DNA of 32,000 nucleotides. Source: Acaryochloris marina MBIC11017. Its GTDB lineage: Bacteria; Cyanobacteriota; Cyanobacteriia; Thermosynechococcales; Thermosynechococcaceae. The stretch lies in contig NC_009925.1 in NCBI RefSeq assembly GCF_000018105.1, positions 4,290,001 to 4,322,000 of the forward strand. The letters are read 5' to 3'. The notes beneath the pieces are model-generated. The model had not been told where the DNA came from. It did not search any database and saw only the letters and a program-made list of their open reading frames with translations. The position numbers were made by a program, and so were the translations under genes. Position 1 is the stretch's first letter; each line of letters begins with the position of its first letter. Below, in pieces: positions 9,928-19,861 of this stretch.

Positions 9928-12300
9928 TTGTCTGTTCCCTCTCTTCCTTCTCTGAATAAGTCTCCCCAGAACAAGCGGCGTTTAAGGGGTCGCTTTCTCA
10001 TTGGCGGAATTACCCTCGTGGTTGGCGTCGCAGCCTACTATAGCTATCGGATTGTTCGAGAATTATTGTTAGATAACCTCAAAAATAATGCCCTGCTCCA
10101 AGTCCAGCAGGGGAACCAGGAGTTGAATCAATGGTTAGTGGCGCGTAAAACCGAAGCCGCCACCCTCGCCAATACCCCTAGCCTGCGGACGATGGATTGG
10201 GGAACGGTGGGACCTTTTCTCAAACCAGAGAAACAGCGCCTCGAGCATTTTTACTATTTATCGATGATCTCTCCTGATGGGTCTTACTACAGCACCAAAG
10301 GAGGAAAAGCTATAGGGAAAAATCTTAAGGACCGTAAGCATGTCCAACTTTCTTTGAAAGGGCAAACCTATGTGTCCGATCCGGTCATTTCTCGGACGGC
10401 TGAGGGAACGATTGTGGCAGTGACGACGCCCATTCGACAAACGCCCCAATCCGAGAGTCCTGTTATTGGTGTTTTGGCAGGACTAATTGATATCCACTGC
10501 TTGGAGAAGGTGGTTCAAGGATTGGAGTACGGGTCAGGTAGTTATGCGTTTGCTCTGAACTCGGAAGGCATGCCCATTGTCCATCCTGATCAGTCATTGA
10601 TGAGTACGATTAATGATCAAAACCCCACTAGTTTATTGGAGGCCAAGGATCAAAACTTAGCTGCGATCTCACAGCGGATGGTGGCTCGTTCCCAAGGGAT
10701 TGAACTCACTCGGATTAATAATCAGGCTGTATATGTCGCCTACTTGCCCTTAGCGGAGGCAGACTGGTCGATTGCCTTAGTGATTCCCCAAGGCAATATC
10801 GAGTCTCAGCTACAGCTCCTAGATCTGATTGCGATGGTGTTGGTCGGCTTAATCGTGGCCATGCTGATCTTGTTATGGCGGGTACAGACCTTTGAACGTA
10901 TTCAACTCCAACGCACGGCTGATTTAGCTGCAGCTGCCAATCAGGCTAAAAGCGAGTTTCTCTCCAATATGAGCCACGAGTTAAGAACGCCCCTCAATGC
11001 CATTCTGGGATTTAGCCAGCTTTTGCAGCAAGACCCTCAAATCCCTCCACACCAGCAAAAACAGCTCGACATCATTAACCAAAGTGGCACTCACCTACTG
11101 GCGCTGATTAACGACATTTTGGAGATGTCGAAAATTGAGGCGGGATTTAGCACCTTAAAACAGAGTCCGATTGAGTTGCAGGAGTTGCTGGACAGTGTAA
11201 AGGCGATGATGGAGCTCAAAGCAACCGCTAAGCAGCTCGGGTTCGAGTTTGTCTATAGCCCTGCCCTGCCTCAATTTATTGAGGTCGATGCTGGGAAGGT
11301 GCGCCAAATTCTGATGAATCTCCTCAGTAATGCCATTAAGTTTACGCAAAAGGGCTATGTCTCCTTAACGGTGGATGCGATTTATCCCGCTTCAGACTCA
11401 TCTGGCCTGATGCAATTGCGTTTTGCTGTTAAAGACACGGGATTAGGGATTGCCCCCGAGGAAATTGAACAGCTCTTTACCCCCTTTGTGCAGACTGCTT
11501 CAGGACGAATAACACAAATGGGAACGGGTTTAGGCTTGGCTCTGAGTCGCAAGTTTGCTCAGCTGATGAAGGGCGATATTACCGTGGACAGTGTTGTTGA
11601 CCAAGGCAGTACGTTTACTTGTTGGATTGAAGTCCAACAAATTGGCAGTGCGGTCCCCTCCCAGGTTTTTCCACAGATCAAAGGGTTAGCCCCAGGTCAA
11701 GCTCCTGTACGCATGTTGGTGGCAGAAGATCAGTGGGACAGTCGTGCCGTGCTAGCCCAACTGCTGCAATCTGTCGGCTTTGAAGTGGCTGAAGCTGCCA
11801 ATGGCGAAGAAGCGGTGCGACTGGTTCAGTCTTGGCACCCCCATCTTGTGTGGATGGATATGAGAATGCCAGTTCTGGATGGCTTGGCTGCAACGCAACA
11901 GATTAAAGCCCGATCTCAGCCTCCGATTATTATTGCGCTGACCGCGAATGCGTTTGTTGAAGATCGGCAAGAGGCATTAAGGGTGGGCTGTGACGATTTT
12001 GTCGCTAAACCCTACCAAATTGAACAAATTTACGCCAAAATCGCAGAGCATTTAGGAGTCCAATACGAGGTTGTGACGCCTGATCAGCCCAGCCATAGCG
12101 AAACTACCTCTCAAGAGATCAGCTTGCACTGTATGCCCGCGACGTGGCGATCGCAATTGCAGGAGACGGCTCAATGTTTAGATCAACTGGGTGTTCATCA
12201 ACTGTTGGAAGAGATCCCCGAGCAACATCAAGCCCTAAAAGTAAGGCTAGAACAGTTAGTTCAAGACTTTCGTTTCGATCTGATTTGTCAGCTGGTTTAA
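9928..12300 (+). CDS. Hybrid sensor histidine kinase (Cache-like periplasmic domain, TM, HisKA, HATPase_c, receiver)
   Basis: TM1, then an extracytoplasmic domain of about 250 aa, then TM2. H-box SHELRTPLNAILGFSQLL, N-box LLSNAIKFT, G-boxes DTGLGI and GTGLGLALS. Receiver RMLVAEDQ...LVWMDMRMPVLDG...ALTANA. The start is a TTG and is uncertain. Confidence 0.9.
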   Translation: MSVPSLPSLNKSPQNKRRLRGRFLIGGITLVVGVAAYYSYRIVRELLLDNLKNNALLQVQQGNQELNQWLVARKTEAATLANTPSLRTMDWGTVGPFLKPEKQRLEHFYYLSMISPDGSYYSTKGGKAIGKNLKDRKHVQLSLKGQTYVSDPVISRTAEGTIVAVTTPIRQTPQSESPVIGVLAGLIDIHCLEKVVQGLEYGSGSYAFALNSEGMPIVHPDQSLMSTINDQNPTSLLEAKDQNLAAISQRMVARSQGIELTRINNQAVYVAYLPLAEADWSIALVIPQGNIESQLQLLDLIAMVLVGLIVAMLILLWRVQTFERIQLQRTADLAAAANQAKSEFLSNMSHELRTPLNAILGFSQLLQQDPQIPPHQQKQLDIINQSGTHLLALINDILEMSKIEAGFSTLKQSPIELQELLDSVKAMMELKATAKQLGFEFVYSPALPQFIEVDAGKVRQILMNLLSNAIKFTQKGYVSLTVDAIYPASDSSGLMQLRFAVKDTGLGIAPEEIEQLFTPFVQTASGRITQMGTGLGLALSRKFAQLMKGDITVDSVVDQGSTFTCWIEVQQIGSAVPSQVFPQIKGLAPGQAPVRMLVAEDQWDSRAVLAQLLQSVGFEVAEAANGEEAVRLVQSWHPHLVWMDMRMPVLDGLAATQQIKARSQPPIIIALTANAFVEDRQEALRVGCDDFVAKPYQIEQIYAKIAEHLGVQYEVVTPDQPSHSETTSQEISLHCMPATWRSQLQETAQCLDQLGVHQLLEEIPEQHQALKVRLEQLVQDFRFDLICQLV

Positions 12301-12850
12301 AGGATTATTGGGGCTTCCATTCGTGGAGATTGCGCTTGAGAAATACGCTAAAAATAGCGCTATTTGTAAGTCGGAAAAACGACGTAAATCTTGCGATTAC
12401 TGCAATGTCTGATTCTGCGATACAGTTGTCGGGATTATTAACTCAAGAGAGGTGTCACTCCCGTTGGTAATAACTTTTGAATAGAAATTTATCTCTAGGT
12501 TGCCAAGCATATTGATCTGTAAAAACGAGGTGGTCGGCCTGCCAAGTTGAGAAATCTTATCATGTTCCTCACCCCCTCGATTTAGGGGGCATAGATTTTA
12601 CTATAAGCCTTTCTATCGAATGACTTCGACGGCTTGGACTCGTGGAAATAACATTGTAATGTTGAGTCCTCTGGCTGCCCTAACGATTTCAACCCGTCTC
12701 GTTTAGATCTACAATGCCTGAAGCCCTATAAGACCGGAACCTTAAATAGTTTTCGGTTAGGGATTAGTGACTATGACAATTCAGATTTAATTACCGATTT
12801 CTCAAATCCAATCGATGATAAGAGAACAATTCTCTTGCATTGAATGGAAC

Positions 12851-12878
12851 GCCCCAGTTTATCTGAGGCAGGTTTTTT
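12851..12878 (+). terminator. Possible rho-independent terminator at the end of an ORF-free region
   Basis: Stem gccccag / ctgaggc (7 bp, one mismatch), loop tttat, then agg + tttttt. The stem is weak. Confidence 0.35.
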
Positions 12879-12924
12879 GTGTCTATATTAATTTCATTTT
12901 TCTCAATAAGACAAGGAGAGTTTT

Positions 12925-13032
12925 ATGCCTGTTTCAAAAGATGGAGTATTGGTGCTGGGTGCTGTAGTAGGGGCCGCTTCTCTGATTGCCTATGTGGTAT
13001 ACAGCGTCATGGCGGCACAAGCCAGCTTTTAA
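12925..13032 (+). CDS. 35-aa hydrophobic single-TM peptide (not in the ORF track)
   Basis: ATG preceded by aaggagag with 4-nt spacing. Translation is MPVSKDGVLVLGAVVGAASLIAYVVYSVMAAQASF*. A strong terminator starts 19 nt downstream. Confidence 0.55.
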   Translation: MPVSKDGVLVLGAVVGAASLIAYVVYSVMAAQASF

Positions 13033-13050
13033 CCGATTTAAGCGTTATGA

Positions 13051-13085
13051 CTCCCTTCAAGCCAGATCTTGAAGGGAGTTTTTTC
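13051..13085 (+). terminator. Rho-independent terminator
   Basis: Perfect 11-bp stem ctcccttcaag / cttgaagggag, 6-nt loop, followed by ttttttc. Confidence 0.8.
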
Positions 13086-13152
13086 TGCCCGCCTTGCAGG
13101 GTGAGCACAAAATTCGAATTCAGATTGAAGGGGGGTTATGCAAGTCTGACGG

Positions 13153-13638
13153 TTAATCAGTGCCGCCCCACGTCCATCGGGGGTTGCCTTGACGGAGACC
13201 ACTCTTGATAATTTGGGTGGTAAAGCCATTGACGTCTCGCATCCCCGTCATATCTAAGATGACTGTGGCTTTGCCTTTGAACAGCTGTAACCGAATAAAT
13301 GAAAGGCCGGTATGCTCTTTCCCATCGATTTTGAACATGCCAGCAGTGCCTTCGCAGTTTTGATATTGGGGCTTGAGAGTGCCTATCCAGGTTGCGCTAA
13401 AGGGCTGTTTGGGGGCCAGGGTGATTTGGGTTGCGATCACACTCAAACTCACCATGCCATCCGTTGCATACCCTCCCTCTTGGTAGGGTTGCCTCGTTTG
13501 GTAGGCAATGACTGACTTCGGACAGCCCTGCTCTGGGCCATTGACGGGATAGACTTTCAGCTCAATGGTTTCCGCTTTGGCATTAGATACTGCCAGGCCA
13601 ATTGGAAGTGCCAAAAGTAAGGATAAACATCGTTTCAT
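13153..13638 (-). CDS. Secreted hypothetical protein
   Basis: 161 aa with an RBS (gagg). Signal peptide MKRCLSLLLALPIGLAVSNAKA|ET. I recognise no domain. Confidence 0.65.
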   Translation of the reverse strand: MKRCLSLLLALPIGLAVSNAKAETIELKVYPVNGPEQGCPKSVIAYQTRQPYQEGGYATDGMVSLSVIATQITLAPKQPFSATWIGTLKPQYQNCEGTAGMFKIDGKEHTGLSFIRLQLFKGKATVILDMTGMRDVNGFTTQIIKSGLRQGNPRWTWGGTD

Positions 13639-13836
13639 CTTTAAACCTCAGATTTTGTATGCCATAAGGGGCATCTATTCCCATGCTGGTGGGGCCAACA
13701 GTAAACGACAAGGGTTTGCCATAGAACTTGACCCTTAACAGAGGACTTTGAAACTCTCTGAATATGGCAGCCTGGGCACAAAATGCTGATGGAAGTTGAG
13801 CCTATATTTGTAATGGAACGGGTTTTACCACAGGAC

Positions 13837-14751
13837 TTACCAGTGAATGCCCGTTAATCTATCTAGGCAGATGAGAAAGAGTCTGGCATTAGGAATCGCA
13901 GCATAGCCAAAGGAGTACTTCCCTTTCCCAGACCACCAGCTGGCATCTTTATGCTTGAACTGGAAGATGCCACCCCCGAGGCGAATATCTTTCATATCAG
14001 CGACTTCGACTCTGTGGGGACCGTCTTTTTCGACAAACTCCATAAAACCAGGCCCAATTCGAACCATGCGTAAGGTCTTGCCGATGGGAAACTCGATATA
14101 CCCTAGTTGGTTGAGCTGCTCATTGATGACAGGCAAGAGATAGGTGCTCCATCGCCCTTCTGCCGCCTGGGCAAAGTGGTACAAATTATCTGCGGGTGGG
14201 GTTCCCTTTTGACTCCGGTAAGCGCCTTTTATCCTAAACTCTGGCCCCGAAAGTCGGGACCACCAATAGTTGAAGGTTGTGCCGGTATAGACGCCGTTGT
14301 AGTAATTCCGGGTTTGTTGAGTAAAGAGATTCTGACCCTCCTTAAACAGAAAAATTTGGGTTTTGGGTGGGGCAGAACGATTCCCTTTGAGACTGTAAAG
14401 GGCAATTCCATGCTCGCCTACATAAGAACATTGGTAGAAATATTGGGTAACTAAGAAACCTGTGATCGCAGCGATGACTGTACAGATCAGCGCACAAATC
14501 AAGACGGGAATCTCTGCCAAAAATGCAATAAAGCAGCCCCCCACTGCTCCTCCAGCAGCCCAAAGCATACAGTTTTTGATGCGCTCTTGCGCTTGGGTGG
14601 CCTGTTTCGAACGAGATAAGGAGCTATCTGCAGAAATAATCTCACCTATTTCGGGTGGGGGTGGCGCGAAAAACTCCATATCTGGAATAATTGGACTTCC
14701 GACATGGCGAACGACATTTTCAGATGGCGTCCAGCTCGCTTCACCATTCAT
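13837..14751 (-). CDS. Hypothetical membrane protein (TM hairpin plus a beta-rich C-terminal domain)
   Basis: 304 aa with an RBS (gagg). It has a Pro-rich N-terminal tail and a hydrophobic stretch of about 45 residues (CMLWAAGGAVGGCFIAFLAEIPVLICALICTVIAAITGFLV). I recognise no family. Confidence 0.6.
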   Translation of the reverse strand: MNGEASWTPSENVVRHVGSPIIPDMEFFAPPPPEIGEIISADSSLSRSKQATQAQERIKNCMLWAAGGAVGGCFIAFLAEIPVLICALICTVIAAITGFLVTQYFYQCSYVGEHGIALYSLKGNRSAPPKTQIFLFKEGQNLFTQQTRNYYNGVYTGTTFNYWWSRLSGPEFRIKGAYRSQKGTPPADNLYHFAQAAEGRWSTYLLPVINEQLNQLGYIEFPIGKTLRMVRIGPGFMEFVEKDGPHRVEVADMKDIRLGGGIFQFKHKDASWWSGKGKYSFGYAAIPNARLFLICLDRLTGIHW

Positions 14752-15063
14752 ACCCTTAATACCTCTGAATCACTACTGTCCCCCATAAAATTGCTACTGC
14801 AAGAGATGTGTCTGCCTAAACAACAGCATCTTTCAGCTAGGAGCATCAGGCTCAATAATATACTTTCTGTCTGACCGTTGTGCAGCTGAACGTTTAGCGA
14901 TAAAGGGATTTACCCAGCCTTCTGTCATGGTTTGATTGAATTGATATGTTCCGTTGCTCCTCCCTTCACTCCGAGAAACCTAGAATGACTCGCCCCTAGG
15001 AGAGCGGCAAAGCAGTACGCTGAAAAGGCATCTCAGCAATGATTGCTGTTTCCCAATTGACCT

Positions 15064-16860
15064 ATGACAAGACATTCTTCTGGCTCCAAGGCCCTGCATC
15101 CCCTGACTCGGCTGCTCAAGTATGGGCGGATGTATCGCTCCCAAATTTGGTCTGCAGCAGCCTGTTCTATCCTCAACAAAATTTTTGATCTGGCTCCACC
15201 GGTGTTGATCGGGGCCGCCGTGGATATTGTGGTCAAGCGTCAGGACTCTCTGATCGCGGCGCTAGGAATTACCGATGTCTTTCAGCAATTGGTGGCCTTG
15301 TCGGTGATTTCCGCCATTATTTGGGGACTCGAGTCTGTCTTTGAATATGCCTATGCGCGGCTGTGGCGCAATTTAGCGCAGACCATGCAGCATGACCTGC
15401 GCTTAGATGCTTATCAGCATTTGCAGAATCTGGAGCTGGCCTATTTCGAAGACCGTAGCACGGGAGAATTGATGTCCATCCTCAACGATGATATTAACCA
15501 GCTAGAGCGGTTTCTGGATGGTGGGGCCAACGATATTCTCCAGGTGATCACCACGGTTGTGATTATTAGTAGCGCCTTTTTTATCCTGGCTCCCACGGTG
15601 GGGTGGATGGCGATGCTGCCAATCCCCTTCATTATTTGGGGTGCCGTAGCATTTCAAAAAAAGCTGGCTCCCTTCTATTCCACCGTGCGAGAAAAGGTGA
15701 GCTTTCTCAATGGTCGCCTGGCCAATAACCTCAGCGGTATGGTGACGATCAAGAGTTTTACAGCAGAAGAATTTGAAGCCCAACAGGTGCGAACCGATAG
15801 CGACGCCTATCGCCAGAGTAACCGTCGGGCCATTGCCTTGAGTGCGGCGTTTATTCCGCTGATTCGGATTTTGATTTTGCTGGCGTTTATGGCAATTATG
15901 CTGTTTGGCGGCATGGAGGTGATGGCCAATCGCCTTGAAGTGGGAACCTACAGCGTCTTAGTTTTTCTTACCCAGCGTCTGCTTTGGCCCCTGACTCGGT
16001 TGGGAGAAACCCTCGATCAATACCAGCGAGCCATGGCTTCCATTCAACGGGTGATGGCGTTACTGGATACACCGATCCAAATCCATCCGGGGCATTTGAA
16101 TTTACCCGTTCACCAGGTTAAAGGAGAGGTGCAGTTTAAGGATGTGTCCTTTGAGTACTATCCAGGTTTACCCATTATCCATAATGTTTCCCTAACGATT
16201 CCGGCTGGTGAAACCATCGCGATTGTTGGGTCTACTGGATCGGGGAAAAGCACTCTGGTGAAGCTGCTGCTGCGCTTTTATGAAGCCCATACGGGGGATA
16301 TCACCCTAGACGGTGTGGGTATTGAGACCTTACAGCTTAAAGACTTGCGCCAAGCCATTGGTCTGGTGAGCCAGGATGTATTTCTATTCCACGGCACGGT
16401 TTATGAAAATATTGCCTACGGTCAACCCCAGATCGATCAGGCCCAGGTGGAAAAAGCAGCTAAGAATGCAGAAGCCCATGAATTTATTTCCCAATTGCCC
16501 CAGGGCTATCACACGATTGTGGGGGAACGGGGTCAGAAACTGTCTGGGGGGCAACGGCAACGACTGGCTATTGCCCGCACCCTCCTCAAAGATCCACCGA
16601 TTTTGATTCTGGATGAAGCCACCTCGGCGGTAGATAACGAAACGGAAGCAGCAATTCAGCGCTCTTTAGATCGCATTACGGTGGATCGAACGACGATAGC
16701 CATTGCCCATCGCTTATCCACCATCCGTCATGCCGACCGCATCTATGTTATGGAGCAAGGTCGGATTGTCGAGCAGGGTAGACATGAAGAGCTGCTGGTT
16801 CACAACGGCGTCTATGCCCAGCTCTGGCGTGTGCAAACTGGACAGCGGGTGGAAGTGTAA
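15064..16860 (+). CDS. ABC exporter, fused permease/ATPase (MsbA/MdlB-like)
   Basis: 598 aa with a 6-TM exporter domain followed by an NBD. Walker [10 protein letters not shown], signature [13 protein letters not shown], Walker [11 protein letters not shown]-loop IAHRLST. Confidence 0.9.
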   Translation: MTRHSSGSKALHPLTRLLKYGRMYRSQIWSAAACSILNKIFDLAPPVLIGAAVDIVVKRQDSLIAALGITDVFQQLVALSVISAIIWGLESVFEYAYARLWRNLAQTMQHDLRLDAYQHLQNLELAYFEDRSTGELMSILNDDINQLERFLDGGANDILQVITTVVIISSAFFILAPTVGWMAMLPIPFIIWGAVAFQKKLAPFYSTVREKVSFLNGRLANNLSGMVTIKSFTAEEFEAQQVRTDSDAYRQSNRRAIALSAAFIPLIRILILLAFMAIMLFGGMEVMANRLEVGTYSVLVFLTQRLLWPLTRLGETLDQYQRAMASIQRVMALLDTPIQIHPGHLNLPVHQVKGEVQFKDVSFEYYPGLPIIHNVSLTIPAGETIAIVGSTGSGKSTLVKLLLRFYEAHTGDITLDGVGIETLQLKDLRQAIGLVSQDVFLFHGTVYENIAYGQPQIDQAQVEKAAKNAEAHEFISQLPQGYHTIVGERGQKLSGGQRQRLAIARTLLKDPPILILDEATSAVDNETEAAIQRSLDRITVDRTTIAIAHRLSTIRHADRIYVMEQGRIVEQGRHEELLVHNGVYAQLWRVQTGQRVEV

Positions 16861-16861
16861 T

Positions 16862-17344
16862 TTAATGGCTTGGGGGCTTGGGCTGCCATTGCCAGTAACA
16901 ACGCTGCCCTTCTTGTTGAATGATGCCTGCGCCTAATCGGTGATAAAACTGGAGACCTCGCTGATTACGAGCATCTGCAGTCCAGGCAATATGGGTGCAA
17001 TTTTGACTCGAAGCAATGTTTGCTAACTGTTGCATAAGGGCGGCACCTGCCCCCTGGCTGCGATAGTTGGCATCAATGTACAAGTCATCCAGCCAAATGC
17101 TGGGTTGACCCGCAAAGGATGAATACCGAAATCCGTATAGGGCAAAGCCAATCGACTGGTTTTGCTGTTCTGCGAACAGTACATGGGCGAAAGGATGAGG
17201 ACCAAAAAGAGTGGCTTGAATTTTGGCTTCTGATGTTTGTGGGGTGCCTTGGTACGCTCCAACACTGCGATCGAACTCGGCTTTGTGCTGAATGAACTGA
17301 TAAATCAGGCTAATGTCTGCTGGTGTTGCAGGGCGAATGTGCAT
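16862..17344 (-). CDS. GNAT family N-acetyltransferase
   Basis: 160 aa, MHIRPATPADISLIYQFI..., with an acetyl-CoA motif region YRSQGAGAALMQQL. It is convergent with the ABC gene with no spacer. Confidence 0.85.
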   Translation of the reverse strand: MHIRPATPADISLIYQFIQHKAEFDRSVGAYQGTPQTSEAKIQATLFGPHPFAHVLFAEQQNQSIGFALYGFRYSSFAGQPSIWLDDLYIDANYRSQGAGAALMQQLANIASSQNCTHIAWTADARNQRGLQFYHRLGAGIIQQEGQRCYWQWQPKPPSH

Positions 17345-17849
17345 TTCGAAGGGTAGAGAAGACTACTTCAATTGTAGTCATGGCAATACCTGTGCTGAGG
17401 TAGCCGTAATTTGAAAATTACAGTGTGATTCTCAGCATATTTATGCCTAATTTTAGGCTAATGAAATGAATTTTTCTGGGCTGATCGATGCATCTTTTCT
17501 CTGATGTATTTTTTGGTTTAAATCATGGGGTAAATGGACAAGATAGTAGCTATAACTCCATCTATGTTGAGTCTATTAAATCTCGATAAAAATCCCTCGC
17601 TACTGTCGAATCAATCTAAGTTTTATGCTTTAAATTAATATGCTGTGGCCATAAAAAGACTGCAATCGTTGTGTGTATCTACATTGTTAAATTATAAGTG
17701 TCTCTCAGAATATTTTAAAAAGATATCTTAGTATTCAAGAGGCGTAAATAAAGTTCCTACTATGGCAGAGTGATATTTATGTCTCTTGGACTAGAATCAG
17801 TATTTTTCTTTGTCAATCTATAACGTTAAAGCATTAGGGGGAGAGATAG

Positions 17850-17983
17850 ATGGACTTTAAAGTAGTACCATATTCGGCGATAGCTCCAACTTGTGGATTG
17901 CTTCTGGGCACTGGCATTATCGGAATTCAACCTGTCGCTATTGCACAACCTGTTTCTGATGCTGCGTCATACCAATTCACTTA
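17850..17983 (+). pseudogene. 5' fragment (signal peptide) of an IS-interrupted PEP-CTERM protein gene
   Basis: RBS gggggagag, then MDFKVVPYSAIAPTCGLLLGTGIIGIQPVAIA|QPVSDAASYQFT. The frame is cut at the IS junction. It supplies the signal peptide that the 19092 fragment lacks. Confidence 0.65.
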
Positions 17984-18547
17984 TTGAGTGACCTTTATAG
18001 TCAAAGCATCCAAGATATAAGAATATCCCGTTAGAGAAGCCACCACCTTCTGGGAGAGGGTATTGATATGCTCAAATAAAGCGGTCTCCAGTGCCCCAAT
18101 AGAATCAAAGTTTTTGCCTTTGAAAGGCTTTCTTAGGTCCTGCCATAATCGCTCTGCCGGATTGAGTTCTGGACTATGAGACGGCTGTACAATCGGCAAC
18201 ACATTCTCAGGCCATCGAACCCAAGTCGCCATATGGGCTGCGGCTTGATCTATTTGCATCAGATTGAGACTCTGGGGAAACGCCAAGCTGAATTGCTCCA
18301 GGAAGCGCTCAAAACAAACACTATCGAGATGAGAAAACCGATAGAAGAAACTGTCTCCTGTGAGAGGTTCGACAGCGCCATAGAGCCAGAAAGCCTCTCG
18401 GGGCCACTGTACCGTCACCACAGGTTTGACACCCCGCAACGTTAGAACCCGACCCGTGAGTGTCTTGAGTCCCCAGCGGCTTTCATCCATGCACCAGTAG
18501 CGCACTGGGTGTCCTTGGGCAAAATAGCGGGTCATTACCTCAATCAC
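17981..18547 (-). CDS. IS630-family transposase orfB (DDE catalytic part)
   Basis: Motifs CMDESRWG, QIDQAAAH and QPSHSPELNPAERLW (DDE_3). The frame stays open upstream through the A6 run (..KPIKKLPRVIEV..) and is +1 relative to orfA. Confidence 0.8.
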   Translation of the reverse strand: MIEVMTRYFAQGHPVRYWCMDESRWGLKTLTGRVLTLRGVKPVVTVQWPREAFWLYGAVEPLTGDSFFYRFSHLDSVCFERFLEQFSLAFPQSLNLMQIDQAAAHMATWVRWPENVLPIVQPSHSPELNPAERLWQDLRKPFKGKNFDSIGALETALFEHINTLSQKVVASLTGYSYILDALTIKVTQ

Positions 18548-19088
18548 ACGAGGAAGTTTTTTAATAGGCTTGTTGTTGAGCTTCCTCTGTCTTGCGTGAG
18601 CGAGGTCGAGGAACTTTGAGCTTGGCTTTGAGCCGATAATGCACGGTTTGATGAACCGTTTTGTAGGGTACGTCTAATCCACACTCATCTAAAAGCCATT
18701 GTTGAATCGCCCCGTAGCTCTCAAAGCCCCTGGGGTCAGCTAGACGAGCTTTCAGCTTTTCGAGGACCTCTCCACCAATCATGGGGGGCTTCCCAGGAGA
18801 GGTAGGAATCTCCAGCATTGCCTGTAATCCCCCTGATTTATAGAGTTTGATCCAGCGATACACCGTGGATTCCCCTCGTCCGGTCAGGGTTGCCAACTCC
18901 ATGCGAGTGGTGACTTGACCACTTTTGAGCCAGTAGAGGGCTTGCAAGCGTTCTTTGCGACGACCGGAGGATTGTTGACGTAATAAACGTTTGAGTGTGT
19001 CTTCACTTTCACAGATATCAATTCGTAAGGGTCTGGGCATGAGGGATAAGTATCAGCAACGCGCTACTCCCATAATACAAGTCACACA
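17984..19088 (-). mobile_element. IS630-family insertion sequence (about 1.1 kb) with a split transposase
   Basis: Flanked by TA (17982-83 and 19089-90). Imperfect terminal inverted repeats are ttgaGTGACcTtTAT and ATAcAaGTCACaca. It carries an HTH orfA and a DDE orfB. Confidence 0.8.
18561..19040 (-). CDS. IS630-family transposase orfA (HTH part)
   Basis: 159 aa. It has winged-helix/HTH-like segments (LATLTGRGESTVYRWIKLY) and ends in an A6 run. Confidence 0.8.
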   Translation of the reverse strand: MPRPLRIDICESEDTLKRLLRQQSSGRRKERLQALYWLKSGQVTTRMELATLTGRGESTVYRWIKLYKSGGLQAMLEIPTSPGKPPMIGGEVLEKLKARLADPRGFESYGAIQQWLLDECGLDVPYKTVHQTVHYRLKAKLKVPRPRSRKTEEAQQQAY

Positions 19089-19091
19089 TAT

Positions 19092-19736
19092 ATGGAATTG
19101 GTATTAGAAAATTTCTTGGGTCAACCCTCTGGCACGATCGATGGTCTTGGGAATGGTAATGCGACTCAAGGTTCAGCAATTAAGCAAACTTTTTCGGCAT
19201 CAGCAGGGCAAACCGTCACCTTAGATTGGAATTTTTTAACCAATGAGGCCACGCCCAATACGCCATTTAATGACTTTGCTTTTGTCTCCGTATTGCCCCT
19301 GGGAGGGACATCAACTTTAGCCGATACGAACTTGCGCTTTCCACTCCTTGGAAATAATGCTCGTTTTAATGGTGAGACGGGGTACAACACGTTCTCTTAT
19401 GAAATTCCCACCACTGGAACTTATACATTAGGGTTGGGAGTGGTTGATGTGGGAGACAGAATTGTCAGTTCCGGTTTGTTGGTAGACAACGTCAATGTGG
19501 GGACAAATGGTAGTTTCGAAACGGGTGATTTCTTGGGGTGGGAAACTATTGGCAATACGAGTGTAGCTGATTCCACTTTTGGTATTGAACCCACGGATGG
19601 GAATTCGCAAGCTTATCTGGAATCCGTGCCTGAACCTTCGACGATTTTGGGCTCGATGATGGTGCTGGGAGTGGGAACTCTACTAAAACGCACTGCTAAA
19701 CGTCAGTCTGGAAGTGTAAAAGAACGGATTGGATGA
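19092..19736 (+). pseudogene. 3' fragment of a PEP-CTERM sorting-domain protein
   Basis: The C-terminus VPEPSTILGSMMVLGVGTLLKRTAKRQ is a canonical PEP-CTERM motif plus TM plus basic tail. The body contains NGSFETGDFLGWETIG. This fragment has no signal peptide. Confidence 0.8.
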
Positions 19737-19792
19737 TAGGGGTGTTTGCGTACTATGTCCGTCGTTTATGTGTCTTGCATGAAAAACAGCGC

Positions 19793-19824
19793 AAAAAAAG
19801 GGTAGACCCGACTCGATCTACCCC
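19793..19824 (-). terminator. Rho-independent terminator of the RGPNGA-repeat gene
   Basis: On the minus strand: gggtagatcgagtcgggtctaccc followed by ttttttt. Confidence 0.7.
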
Positions 19825-19861
19825 TTGCTCCTACTCAGTGAGAAACTTATTTGTTAGCGGC

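Noticed and set aside
17406-17421. An AT-rich palindrome (gtaattt ga aaattac) upstream of the interrupted PEP-CTERM gene.
   Set aside because: It is a short palindrome in an AT-rich spacer of about 500 nt, which is expected by chance, and has no supporting context.
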